DNA from: Eledone cirrhosa
Taxonomy: Eukaryota
Direction: 5' to 3'
Length of the DNA: 64,000 nucleotides
Assembly (NCBI GenBank): GCA_964016885.1
Contig: OZ024743.1
Span: 128,030,001 to 128,094,000, forward strand
Shown here: positions 51,457 through 64,000 of the stretch, piece by piece
How positions within the stretch are numbered: position 1 is the first letter of the stretch
How the letters are laid out: each line of letters starts with the position of its first letter
Program-made: the position numbers and the translations under genes
Notes under the pieces: generated by a model
What the model was told of the DNA's origin: nothing
The model's input: the letters and a program-made list of their open reading frames with translations, nothing else
The model's database searches: none

Positions 51457-53707
51457 AATATAAGATCAAAAGATGGTTAAAGGAGTTCAATATATTTTAT
51501 TATGCGCATTTCAAAAACAAACATCATCAAACAATAATATTTGTGTTTTCATCAGATAAAACAGGAGAACATGATATGAAGGCTAAAAAAAAACACTTGT
51601 TGATAGTGCAGTTTTAAATCAACATATGAAAAGTGGTTTTAGATTGATGTGTGATATTGGGAAAAATATTTTATTTAGAGAGGGGGGGAGAGAAAAGGAT
51701 GAAAAGGGAAGGAGATGAGAGGGAGAGATGGGTGATAGAGAGAAAGAGATAGTTTTTATAACAGAGAGGAGATATATTTTATATAGAGGGGTTGAAAACC
51801 GTTGGAAGATACTGTATAAATTAAAAATTTTGAAAATTAACGAAGGGAGGATATGTGCGAGGAAAAAATATATTATATTTAGGGAGGGGTGGGGGTGGAA
51901 AGGATGAAAAAAGGGGAGGAGATGAGAGTGAAGGTGGAAAGGGAGAGATGGGTGATAGAGAGAAAGAGATAGTTTTTATAACTGAGAAAAAGATATAATG
52001 TTTTAATATAGAGAGGTTGGGAACCGTTGGAAGATAATGTATAAATTAAAGGAATTTGAAAATTAACGAAGGGAAATTATGTATGGAGATAGAGAGAAAA
52101 AAATAACGAAGGGAGATTATGTATGGAGATAGAGAGAAAAAAATAATAATTGTGGGTGAATATTCAAAAGGAGAAATGTAGGAATCTTAAAATTAGCAAA
52201 GAGAAAATGTTTATGTATAGGATTTGAGAAAAATTTATATTGAATTCATATGTATTAATAATGAGTTCGTTGATGGGGAGAAAAAAATAATAATAATAAA
52301 TTAAGGATGAAATTGAGATTAAAAAGATTTATGATAGAGAGAAAAAATAATAATGATTGCGGATGAATACTCAAAATGTCAAAAACAAATGTTATTGTTT
52401 TACGAAGAGATATAATGAGGGTGATGAGTAAACGGGTATTATAGAGTGTATAATGCCCTTTAAAGTAAGGTAGATGGGTATATTTTAAAGAATATATGAG
52501 TATATATTAAAAAAAATATATATAATAATAAATTAATTTATTATTATATATATTTATTATAAAAATAATAATGATTGCGGATGAATACTCAAAATTAATT
52601 TATATAATAATAAATTAATTTATATAATAATAAATTAATTTATTATTATATATATTTTTTTTAATATATACTCATATATTCTTTAAAATATACCCATCTA
52701 CCTTACTTTAAAGGGCATTATACACTCTATAATACCCGTTTACTCATCACCCTCATTATATCTCTTCGTAAAACAATAACATTTGTTTTTGACATTTTGA
52801 GTATTCATCCGCAATCATTATTATTTTTTCTCTCTATCATAAATCTTTTTAATCTCAATTTCATCCTTAATTTATTATTATTATTTTTTTCTCCCCATCA
52901 ACGAACTCATTATTAATACATATGAATTCAATATAAATTTTTCTCAAATCCTATACATAAACATTTTCTCTTTGCTAATTTTAAGATTCCTACATTTCTC
53001 CTTTTGAATATTCACCCACAATTATTATTTTTTTCTCTCTATCTCCATACATAATCTCCCTTCGTTATTTTTTTCTCTCTATCTCCATACATAATTTCCC
53101 TTCGTTAATTTTCAAATTCCTTTAATTTATACATTATCTTCCAACGGTTCCCAACCTCTCTATATTAAAACATTATATCTTTTTCTCAGTTATAAAAACT
53201 ATCTCTTTCTCTCTATCACCCATCTCTCCCTTTCCACCTTCACTCTCATCTCCTCCCCTTTTTTCATCCTTTCCACCCCCACCCCTCCCTAAATATAATA
53301 TATTTTTTCCTCGCACATATCCTCCCTTCGTTAATTTTCAAAATTTTTAATTTATACAGTATCTTCCAACGGTTTTCAACCCCTCTATATAAAATATATC
53401 TCCTCTCTGTTATAAAAACTATCTCTTTCTCTCTATCACCCATCTCTCCCTCTCATCTCCTTCCCTTTTCATCCTTTTCTCTCCCCCCCTCTCTAAATAA
53501 AATATTTTTCCCAATATCACACATCAATCTAAAACCACTTTTCATATGTTGATTTAAAACTGCACTATCAACAAGTGTTTTTTTTAGCCTTCATATCATG
53601 TTCTCCTGTTTTATCTGATGAAAACACAAATATTATTGTTTGATGATGTTTGTTTTTGAAATGCGCATAATAAAATATATTGAACTCCTTTAACCATCTT
53701 TTGATCT

Positions 53708-53712
<5 letters not shown>
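51457..53712. repeat. Approx. 1.08 kb near-perfect inverted repeat with a hammerhead near each outer end
   Basis: Arms about 51457-52540 and 52630-53712. HHR at 53609-53675 (+) and 51495-51561 (-): ttttat CTGATGA aaac..gttttt GAAA tgcgca TA ataaaa. Confidence 0.9.
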
Positions 53713-53758
<46 letters not shown>

Positions 53759-53821
53759 TATATATATATATATAGTGAGGGAGAGAGGGAGAGAGAGAGA
53801 AGGGGGGAAAGAGAGAGAGAG

Positions 53822-53896
<75 letters not shown>

Positions 53897-54254
53897 AGCT
53901 TTTTGTTTCGTTGTTGGTAATCTCAGGGTTTAGTATTTCAACGTGCTCTATGTTTTTTTCTTTTTGCGTGTGAGTGTATTTGTGTGTGGGTGCGTGGTGT
54001 ATTTTCACTGTGTTTTGTGTCTAATGTTGCTGTTAATTTCTATTGGTTTACCTTTTTGTTTCTGTTGTGTATACTTCTGATCTAGGATTTCTTGAAACTT
54101 ATTTTTAAACAGCCTCTGTTACTTCTTTTATTGAAGGTGTTTTTCTATCTCAGTTGAGAGGTTTTGTTTTAAAAAGTGCATTTTTCCGTATATCAAGCAT
54201 ATGAGTGCTTATAGTGGATTGGTGGAAGAACTTTCTTCTCACGGCGATGAAAGT

Positions 54255-54585
54255 GCATTACTGGTGCTTTATTTTATCGACCCTGTAATGATGAAAGGCA
54301 AAGTTAATCTCGGCGGTATTTGAACTCAGAACCTAAAGGGCCACGATTCTATTTTGCAAAGCATGGTGTCTGACGCTCTACCGATACTGCCAAAAAATAA
54401 TAATTGTTTCTACTTTTGGCACAAGGCCAGTAATTATCCCAGTGTATGACTGGTACTTTATTTTATCGACCCCGTAAGGATGAAAGGCAAAGTTAACCTC
54501 GACAGGATTTGAACTCAGACCATAAAGGGCTGTAACTCTTTGCTGCAAAGCATGGCGTCCGACCCTCTACCGATATTGCCAATCC
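54255..54585 (-). mobile_element. Two adjacent family 1 SINEs
   Basis: Partial copy 54255-54392 and near-full copy 54396-54585. Confidence 0.9.
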
Positions 54586-55394
54586 CAAATACAGGGATGA
54601 GTGTAACTCCAGAAAATATATTTCAATCGTTGAAAGATTATTTAACTGTTGGTTACATGATACAAGGAGAGAAATTAAGATAAAGAGAGAGAAAAATGTG
54701 TTGTAAAAATATAATCTGTTCGAAAATCTATTTCATTGGGACAATAAGTAAAGATATATAATAAATCAAAGCTGGCAACATAGAAAGACTGCCTCTCCCT
54801 TTCTTCTGTGGCCCAAGAGTCCTTGCTTTTTCCCTCCTTTTCCTCTCATTTATAGTCCTTTCCTCTACTTTCCCATACAACCAGATCTGCCCTTCTGTAC
54901 CCCCTTCTCCCCTTTCTCTTTACTTAATGTTGCTTTTATCTTTCTTTTTCATATTTAAGTAATCATCAATGGTTTTTAAGCAAATTCCTGAATAAAATAA
55001 AGTACCGTTATGAAGCTAAAATATGACTGCTCTCATGAATGTGTCTACAATACGGAGTAAATTATTCAAGAGACAAACGAATGCTTACAAGGTGCAAAGC
55101 CGAAGTATTTCGTCGTTCATCTCCTGTACTGCAAAAATAAACTATAGAACGTTCGTTGCTAATATGGATTGAAGACTTATAATAAGAAACATAAATTGTT
55201 GTGGTTTCATCAGAGATTATCTACATCTCCATACAACCACAAGAAAACACGTAAATGAAGGTTTTATAACAACTGCTAAATATAGTAGTCACACTGATAT
55301 GGACGTATAAATGTTATAAGTGATCGACTTGATACATAAAGAAAACACTTTATAAAGTTGTAGTGATCGGTGAAAGTGTAACATGTTGGAGTTG

Positions 55395-55815
55395 AACCTT
55401 GGGTAATGAGCGAAAGAAATACGATCGCGAATACAAGCGGCCGAAATGGGGTTCCGCTGAAGAGTCTTTGGAGTAACGTTACTCGATAGAGTGCGTAGCT
55501 CGAAGATCAGAGAGTCACATCAAGGAAGAGCAGCTACTTCTCCGAATTGAGAGATCACAGTTCCGATACTATTGGCATGTGGTTAGAATGTCTCAAGAAA
55601 GAATCGATAGACAGATTTTCGGACCATACCAGCAGGTAGGAGACCCAGGGATAGACCCTGAGCAAGATGGTTGGATAACATCCATGAGCTTGGCTGGTCT
55701 CGCTTGGAAATCCAGTCGGCTCAGTTGGAGACGGTTGCTTCTGACAGGACCCGCTGGAAGGGGTGTTTGAGGACTCTGCCCCCACAACCCTCTCACCAAT
55801 AAGTGGACAAAGAAG
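55395..55815 (+). mobile_element. RTE-clade LINE 3' fragment
   Basis: WVMSERNTIA.., EMGFR.RVFGVTLLDRVRSSKIRE, SQFRYYWHVVRM, GRPR.R. Confidence 0.85.
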
Positions 55816-56473
55816 ACGAAGGAAAAGAAGAAGAATTACAAAAAATCTCTCTGTCTCATTCACTTTTGATATTAGATCTTCCATTCACCATGTCCCGCAG
55901 TCTTGCTTCGTCTTACAAAACTTCTGTTGCGGGTCCTAATATAAGCGAATATTTATTGTGGTGGAAACTAGATTGTTTTGGAAGATACCGTATAAAATTT
56001 ATTTAATCAAAAAAGGAAAAACCACAACAAATTATCAAATGATTGACTTAATTCTATTAGGAAGAAATTATTCAACTGATCGAAAATGTTAGTTTATGGA
56101 TCACAAAATTCTTCTATTCTTATAGATTTCATCCATCAATATTTACTAGTTTATTACCGCCCTAATAAGTTAACTTGGCTGGCCAAATTGCTTCTTGGAG
56201 ATTGGTTGAAGAAGTGTTTCTGTTCTGAAGAAGAAAAATATCTGTGGTCTCAGAATCAAGCTTTTATAGAGTTGTTTAGACAATACCATGAGTCACCCAA
56301 GAGCACTAAGTAACTTATGTGAGAATGTGTGAATGTTTGAGTGCGTATTTGATTTGTCAATGTTTTGGGATTTATTCCTTTTTTTTTTTAGTGTGTATGG
56401 TTTTGTGAGCATACGTTCGTGTGCATATATATATGTATATGTTTACTACGAGATGCAGTGACACGTGCTCTGA

Positions 56474-56527
<54 letters not shown>

Positions 56528-56670
56528 GTGTATATATATATATATATACACCTATATATATATGTGTGTGTGCGTGTGTATGTGCGTGTGTATGTGTGTG
56601 TGTGTGTGTATTCAGAGCACGTGTCACTGCATCTCGTAGTAAACATATATTCATATATATGCAGACGAAC

Positions 56671-56705
<35 letters not shown>

Positions 56706-57217
56706 AGAGTCAGGGTCCGACAGCTGAGCTCTTTTCGTCTCGACAGCTAGTTCCAGCCCATTATCCCAAGTATCGAGTACTCTTTTGAATAATGGTCTAA
56801 TTTAATACTGGTTTAATCCTTATCTACATATATCTCACATACACTCAATAAGTCTCCTTTGTTAGTTATATTGCTACAATAAGAAGTTTGTTTTCCAATC
56901 ACAAGGACCTTGGTTCTAACGCAACATTTGTCCTTGTAATTCGTTATTTCTCCAAATTTACTCTTACATTTAATACTGTACGTCGTTTGCTCATGCACGC
57001 TAAATATTTATGTAATTATATCCTCTAAATAAATTATATCATATCATCTAAATAAATTATTGAAACATTTTTAGATTTAATCAATTCCACCTGTCAGTAT
57101 TCAACACAAACTATAAGGTTTCTCTTATGCAAACCATAAGTTTATCAAAATGCAAATTCCCAGTTTTTATGATTGTTCATATATCTTGTAATCCTGGTTG
57201 GTATATAGGGCATCCCT

Positions 57218-57800
57218 CTTCTTCTTCTTCGCCCACTTATTCCTGAGAGGGTCGTGGGGGCAGTGTCCTCAAACACCCCTTCCAGCAAGTCCTGTCAGAA
57301 GTAACCGTCTCCAACTGATCCAAGTGGATCCCCAAGGAAGACCAGCCAAGTTCCTGGATGTTATCCATCCATCTTGTTCGGGGTCTACACATGGGTCTCC
57401 TACCTGCCGGTTGGTTTTGCTCGTAAAATCTTCCCATGGATTCTCTACTGAAAGTAGTATCGGAGCTGTGATCTCTCAATTCGGAGAAGTAGCAGCTCTA
57501 CCTGGGGTGACTCTCTGATCTCCGAACTATGCACTCTATCGAGTAAAGTTACTCCAAAGACCCTTCGGAGGAACCCCATTTCAACTGGTTGTATTCGCGA
57601 TCGTATTCTTTCGGTCATTACCCAAGATTAATGACCATAGGTAAAGGTTGGCACGAATACCGAATTGAAGATACCGAGCTTGGCTTTTACACCTACCTCC
57701 TTTCTTCTGATTACTGAATAGTGAAGCTGGCACATTACTGAAGCAGCTCCTGAAATTCTTGCACTTAATTCAGCCTCCTGCCTTTCATAACTTGTGGCAT
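57218..57800 (-). mobile_element. RTE-clade LINE 3' fragment with (GAA)n tail
   Basis: AKLGIFNSVFVPTFTYGH, MGFLRRVFGVTLLDRVHSSEIRE, RPRTRWMDNI. Confidence 0.88.
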
Positions 57801-58713
57801 TCTGGACTCTAAAAATTATGTACGTTCAACGTTATTGCTACTGACGGCACTGGTTCGCTAGTTCATAATATTTATTATTCATTATTCTGCTTGTTATGGT
57901 GTTGGCGTGTTCATGTGTTTCGCTTTTAACAACAATACTAACCTTGGAAAATAAAATCGGAATCTTTAACATAATGAAACAATGTTATGAAAGCTATAAT
58001 TTTATACATGAAAATAGAAAGAACCTTGTGTAGTACCCTGGAAGACACCGCGTGTAACACTCCCTCCCTAATCGACCCCAGTTGGCAACATTTAGTGAAA
58101 GAATGAAGACGATATACAGCTGTAGTAAAGTAAAAAAAAAAAGAAAAAAAGAACATTGATTTTCCACAGGTCTCGATAGGAATTATAACATCAGTGATGG
58201 TCTAATGTCTCACTTGTAATATCTTTCGTATATTCTGATATACAAAGACACGAAATAACGCTCTCTATCAACTCTGACAACCAAGGACAACCGACCGAAA
58301 TTTTGCAGGGTTGACACAAAACAGATTTCGTATCCCGCAAGTAAGTGCAGGGAGAGGGCTCTTATCAAAATTTCAGTGGAGGTTGGGGTACGTCATATAT
58401 TCACAGGACCATTCTGAACCCTCACACTCTTAATGGAGTCTACTACCGATCCACCGGTTTTCCTCGTAGTTACATCATCCAATTCGTCCTTCCTTTTCTA
58501 AGACAGTAGAGTGTGACTTGAGGAAAAACTGGCTGGTATTTCTAGCATGTCAAACGAGCGTGTAGACTGAGGAAGAGTAGTCGACTAAAATTACCCAAGT
58601 ATGTCACAAGTAACTATTCTATCGGCCAAGGATGTAAGGGAGAGGTAGCTAAACACCACAAGGCCTAATCTAAACAGTTGCAAGTCAATACAACCTTCAT
58701 GCTGCCTAATGAA

Positions 58714-58890
58714 AATAATTGTTTCTACTTTTGGCACAAGGCCAGCAATTACCCAGTGTATTACTGGTACTTTATTTTATCAACCCCATAAGGATGAAAG
58801 GCAAAGTTAACCTCGGCGGGATTTGAACTCAGAATGGCAAGGGCCGTAACTCTATACGTCAAAGCATGGCGTCCGACCCTCTACCGATAC
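58714..58890 (-). mobile_element. tRNA-derived SINE, family 1 (another at 63476-63668)
   Basis: Consensus body; TSDs TAATGAAAATAAT and GATTAATAATAAT respectively. Confidence 0.9.
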
Positions 58891-58954
58891 TAATGAAAAT
58901 AATGATATCTTTCTTTAGCCACAGGCATTACACAAATACAAAACATTAAAATAT

Positions 58955-61900
58955 ATAGTGAGGAATAAATGGAAACTATCTTTATAAAACCATATTTATT
59001 TTATTATATATATTTCAAGGGTACCAAAATTTTTAGTACGCTCTCATCAGATAAAATACAAAAGTTGTTTTACAGATATTGACATATTCAAAACTAGAAC
59101 TTAGCGTTTTGAATAGAGAAGAAGAACTTCGAATTATAGGATGAATATGCTAATGAGGATAACGTTAAAATTGAAAAAGATCGTTATGTTTAGACGCTAG
59201 GTAAATTAAAATAATTATTAGGATTATTTTTTAAAGGGAGAGGAAATAGAGGTTATGGTGGAAGAAATTTAAGGAAAGAATATAAGAAAAAAATATATTA
59301 GAGTTAATAATAGACTATTAATATTAATGTATGTATATAATTGTATGGAGCATATTTGTGAGGGTGTAGAGAAAGTGAAATAATTATATTTATTTTTATT
59401 TATTTTATTATTTAACACGCAGTGGTACCCGGCGTTGCACGGGATAAGGTATTTTTGGAACGTGGGCAGCCAACAGACCTAATCGTGGAAAAACTGTATG
59501 CCTGGACAATATGTAAAGAAAATAAACCGAATACTCTGATGGCTGGATAGTCTTTAAGATTTTCCTCGATGAAGCAGGAAAAGATGCAGGTTTTCACCTA
59601 ATGCGGGTCCTAGGGGATCAAGAAAATGAATTCATTTTATGTGCCTTGAAATTTCGGGAAAAATCGGCTAGACGTAACGCCTAAAAAAAGCCTTAAAAAG
59701 CTGAAAAAATGAAGTTTTTTACCTAATGCGGGCCCTAGGCCATAAAAAAGTTGGATTTTCTTTGCTTATGGTATGAAGAAGAGACTGACTAATACATAGT
59801 TACAATTTCAAGGAAATCGGTCTGACGTAACGCCTCAAAATACCCCTAAAAACCTGAAAAAAAGTAGTTTTTCACCTAATGGGGGCCAAAGAGTTGAATT
59901 TTTCATGTGCATAACACTCCCTGAAACATAACGCGGGCCGCCAACAGACCTAATCGTGGAAAAACTGCATGCCTGGACAATATGTAAAGAAAATAAACCG
60001 AATGCTCTGATGCAATTAGTATTAGGTATGCTTCTCCTTCCACGTGGAGAAAATTGGCTTGGTGCTTTTGTACTTTAATAAAGTGGCATGAGTCAGCAGG
60101 ACAGATGACACCACTTATGTCAGAGGGAAGTCTGCAATGCTTGAGCAAGGCATGAGTGCAATCGGACAGCATGTGGAGCCTTCTCGAAGGAGTCCACCGC
60201 ACCTTATTAAGTAAACGCAACTGGACAAACATTTACCAAACTGTGGGTATAATTTAACAAATTTAAAGAGGAATAGTGCAATAAAATGGGCTCCGAGGCG
60301 TGTGCGTGTTCACTGGCAGCCCTAAACGAAAGGGCCGCCATCAGTTATTTCAAGGGCCCTTAAAAGGGCCTTGTAAGCCGTTCACCGACACCCCAGTAAG
60401 GAGGGGTAACCATCAACAATTTCATGTGGTGGCCCTAAAAAGGGCCATGTGAGCGTTCACTTGTAGCCCTTAATAGTGACTTTGACTGCGTTCTCTGACA
60501 TTTGGAGGATGTTACGGTTGCTTCCACTGATAGCCTTTAGAATGAATCAGAATGCGTTCGCGGCCCGTTTAACAGCCATACATTGACGCGCCGAGTGCGA
60601 TGCAGACAGCCAGACATACAGACAGATATTATAAGGGCGTGTTCTGGACGAAGAGGGAATTGTGGGAAGTGGCGTAATGTAGGCAGCCAGATATACAGAC
60701 AGATATTATAAGGGCGCGACGTTATATCTATGTATCTATCTAAAAAGAGAAAGACTAAGAATTATGGAGAGAGATCGCTAAATCGCCTAATGCGGTCCCT
60801 AGGGCATTGAAAATTTGAAATTTATTTTTGCTCAGAACACTCCCTGAAACATAAGTATTACATGTGTAAAGTTTGAAAACAGTCGGTTGGGTGCTTCTTG
60901 AGTTTTGGGGATTCAAACTCACACACACAGACAGACATCCTCAGTTTTATATATAGAGATTATACATTTTGGGAGTATCTATAATATAATGTGAGAATTA
61001 TAAATGTGTTAAGGTGAGAGAATATTAATTTAAAATGTGAGATATATATTGTATTCATATATACGATTGGGTCTATTCTATTGGTGTGTTTTAATATTAT
61101 AAAGATAGTATTTATAAGTATATTTTATGTATATTAGAGTTGTAAGTATATTTTATTATATTACGACAGGTTTGTAATATATATATAAATAATTTTGGTG
61201 AGTATATATGTTGTTTATTTACTAGATAGATAATTTATATATTTTTTTTTATATATATGAAGAGTTACGATAAATTTTTGTTTACATTTTCAATATATGG
61301 TTTAAGAAAATGGAAGTAGTTCTATTTTAGTATAGAAGATGTACACTATTTTGTATATTCAATAGTTGCATCAAGATAGGAATAAATTTACGAAATTTTA
61401 ATAAATTATAATATTTATGTAAAGTTTAGCTGTTACTTAGAAAAAATGTGTAAGCGTGCTTCATTTCAAAGGAAAAGATGACTCTAATATTTCTTAGTTT
61501 AGAGAGTTAAGTTATATTTACCGTTTATTCTAGAATTTACTTCAAAATAATATTCTAATTATGATATGAGGGGAAATTATTTTATATATGATTTTATATT
61601 ATCATATATTACATATTTGCTAAGATAAAAATGTTGTATGTATTTTGATAACATTAGTTATATTTATGCATAAATTTAATGATATTAAGTATTTATATGT
61701 ATGGATTTACAATGCCTGTAGAGTCTATTAGGAAAAAATGTTCAACAGACATCCAAAGTATATTCGAAAATATCATCAAAAGCATCACAAAAAAATACAT
61801 TCAAAAATATCATTTAAAAACATCACAAAAAAAAAAACAAAGCACGGCGAAGACATATAAAATGTAAACAGGTGAGATATAGAGGCTATAAATAATATTT

Positions 61901-62760
61901 TCTATAGATTATAGATACTTCCAAAAAATTCTTTCTTTTTGTTTATAGCGTTCTTTCCTCAATACACAAATGACAAATTCTTGAGAGAGCCATATTTCGG
62001 TATGCGTGCGCTTTCGAAATCGTTCTCCAAGAGATTGAATAGTCAATATTATTGTCTTTTAAGTACCAAATTAGATATGAACGTGATGTTGAGAATTTTT
62101 TTGTCCGAACTATTAAATGTGTGTTTATGATTATACCAGCGTTCCTTAAATTTTATAGAAGTGGCTCCTATATAGTTAAATAATTTATCTCTAGTTTTTA
62201 CTGTGCATTTGTATACTAAGTTTTTATCTAGACAATTATTCTGTAAAGGGCAACTTAATTTGTTTCTACAGTTACATTTTCTAGAGTTGTTGTCTATAGG
62301 AACGGTTGGGTTATTATTAGTATTGTTATTAGTAATATTATTATTGCTATTATGGTTTATTTGGGTTGGGATTAATTTTAAGTTTCTATTATTAATTCTA
62401 TTAATATTTTGTGCTAATGTTCATAGTATTAGAGTAAGATAGTTTGATAGTATGCCTGTTAAAAATAGAGTGGTATCTATGGGATATAGGAAAACACTTA
62501 TCTAATGCTTTGAAACATAGGTTTGCTAAAGGTGTTTTCATTCCTAATGAGATTGGAGGAGAGTACAAAATTATATTTCTAGTTCTAGTTTTTTTGTTTG
62601 ATTTATTATTTAGGTTAATTTGCTTATTATTAATATTATAGTAAATTTTAGGATGATTTTGCATGCTATTATTATCTATGTTTCATTTTATTCATCTAAC
62701 CAGCTCTATGTAAAGCATCATTGTAATATTCTGCCTTATTATCAAATATATTTTTATTGA
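58955..62760 (-). mobile_element. Decayed Penelope-like element (Hydra-clade-like), probably with a long 3' UTR split by a Helitron
   Basis: 61900-62660 encodes RTRNIILYSPP..CFPISHRYHSIFNRHTIKLSYS and CNCRNKLSCPLQNNC..LVYKCTV..YIGAT..FKERWYNH. A family A HHR lies at 58997-59058 on the same strand. Continuity across the Helitron is inferred. Confidence 0.7.
59411..60959 (-). mobile_element. Non-autonomous Helitron with approx. 700 bp cargo
   Basis: Both ends match the 23374-23877 element (5' TCTATATATAAAACTGAGG, 3' CCCGTGCAACGCCGGG hairpin); internal duplications and a GC-richer insert at 60010-60720. Confidence 0.85.
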
Positions 62761-62792
62761 CATATATTATATATATATATATATATTATATA

Positions 62793-62863
<71 letters not shown>

Positions 62864-62865
<2 letters not shown>

Positions 62866-63049
62866 AACAAGTAAGACCCCGACGGCTGAGCTCAAGCCGT
62901 TTCGACGGCTAATTCTGGGAATTAGCCGTCGAAACGGCTTGAGCTCAGCCGTCGGGGTCTTACTTGTTCCTATTACCCACTCTACTACCCTAAGTATTGA
63001 GTACTTTGGTGCGTTATGGTCCACCTGGTTCCTTACCACATTTCCTTCG

Positions 63050-63050
<1 letters not shown>
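62864..63050. mobile_element. Hairpin-plus-tail short element, perfect copy
   Basis: Perfect 52 bp stem with a 3 nt loop (62864-62970) plus an 80 bp tail, between (TA)n tracts. Confidence 0.9.
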
Positions 63051-63112
<62 letters not shown>

Positions 63113-63906
63113 CAAGGTTTAGCAAATATAGAAAAAGTTTTAAAATAAATTTTAAAAAGTTTACTGTACTTACTATATTTACCCTTACCGCGCGGTTTCA
63201 AGTCTCAAAATAAATGGATAATCCTGTGGAACTCCATTGAGAAGAAGACTTTCGTCAGAGGGTTCTTCTCACTCGGAGAATATAAAATTCCCGAGTTCAA
63301 ATCACGAACTGGCGTCATACAGAACTGTTCCCGGATGAGAGTGTATGTTAAGGAAACAATCTTGTCTAGTGCCGTGTGTAAAGATAGAAGGGAAGGGCGG
63401 AAAGGTCAATGTCCTGCCACTAGAAATAGCAGCAGTAAAAACGACCAAAATTTTATCTCGACCTTAGGAGTGATTAATAATAATTGTTTCTACTTTTTGG
63501 CACCAGGCTAGCAATTATCCCAGGTACTGGTACTTTATTTTATCGACCCCATAAGGATGAAAGGCAAAGTTAACCTCGGCGGGATTTGAACTCAGATCGT
63601 AAAGGGAGGTAACTCTATGCTTCGAAGCATGGCGCCCGACCCTCTACCGATACTGCCAATCCACCGCCCCGGCGAGATTAATAATAATAAAGTATGTTTT
63701 CCTACGTGCAAAAAATGCATATAGGGACACATGTATTATCCAACCGTATGATATATATATATATACATGTGTCCCTATATGCATTTTATATATATATACA
63801 TACATACATACATACATACATACATACATACATACATACATACATACATACATACATACATACATACATACATACATACATACATACATACATGCACATA
63901 TAAATA

Positions 63907-63940
63907 TACATGGTGTCCAAAAAATGTATACACACTTTGT
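63907..63940 (+). mobile_element. Possible Tc1/mariner terminal inverted repeat
   Basis: TACATGGTGTCCAAAAAATGTATACACACTTT resembles TA-CAGGGTGTCC..-type ends. The partner end is not in the window. Confidence 0.35.
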
Positions 63941-64000
63941 TTACCTCTACAGGCATTATTTATTAGAATGCTGTTGAAATGTGAAAAGCTTTGTATGGGG

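Noticed and set aside
56400-56680. Inverted repeat around a (CA)/(TA)/(TG) core, and a small one at 63714-63787
   Set aside because: Real fold-backs, but with no ribozyme, coding or terminal motifs to classify; covered by the general inversion finding.

Overview
AT-rich, repeat-saturated animal DNA. The SINE repertoire and the density of (TA)n/(CA)n microsatellites point to a cephalopod, most likely Octopus; this is recognition from memory, not a database result. No host gene can be supported beyond one weak candidate exon, and nearly all short ORFs in the track are microsatellite artefacts. The window holds about 17 copies of a tRNA-derived SINE, RTE, CR1-like, Tx1-like and CRE-like LINE fragments, Helitron helicase remnants, four non-autonomous Helitrons (three with cargo), a hAT MITE and four larger Penelope-like element (PLE) pieces. 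The main signal is a set of short elements inserted in or next to (TA)n tracts that carry more than 20 hand-foldable type I hammerhead ribozyme (HHR) motifs. (1) A 310-328 bp retrozyme-like family occurs as tandem or fold-back arrays in three diverged subfamilies, and its catalytic core covaries (C3-G8 versus U3-A8). (2) A four-copy HHR variant has a CAGAAGA core. (3) HHRs sit in the 3' ends of the PLEs, which are the likely mobilising partners. (4) An approx. 270 bp element carries a complete tRNA-like cloverleaf with its own terminator. (5) A hairpin-plus-tail element family has arms that covary between copies. All folds were made by eye; activity and novelty are untested.
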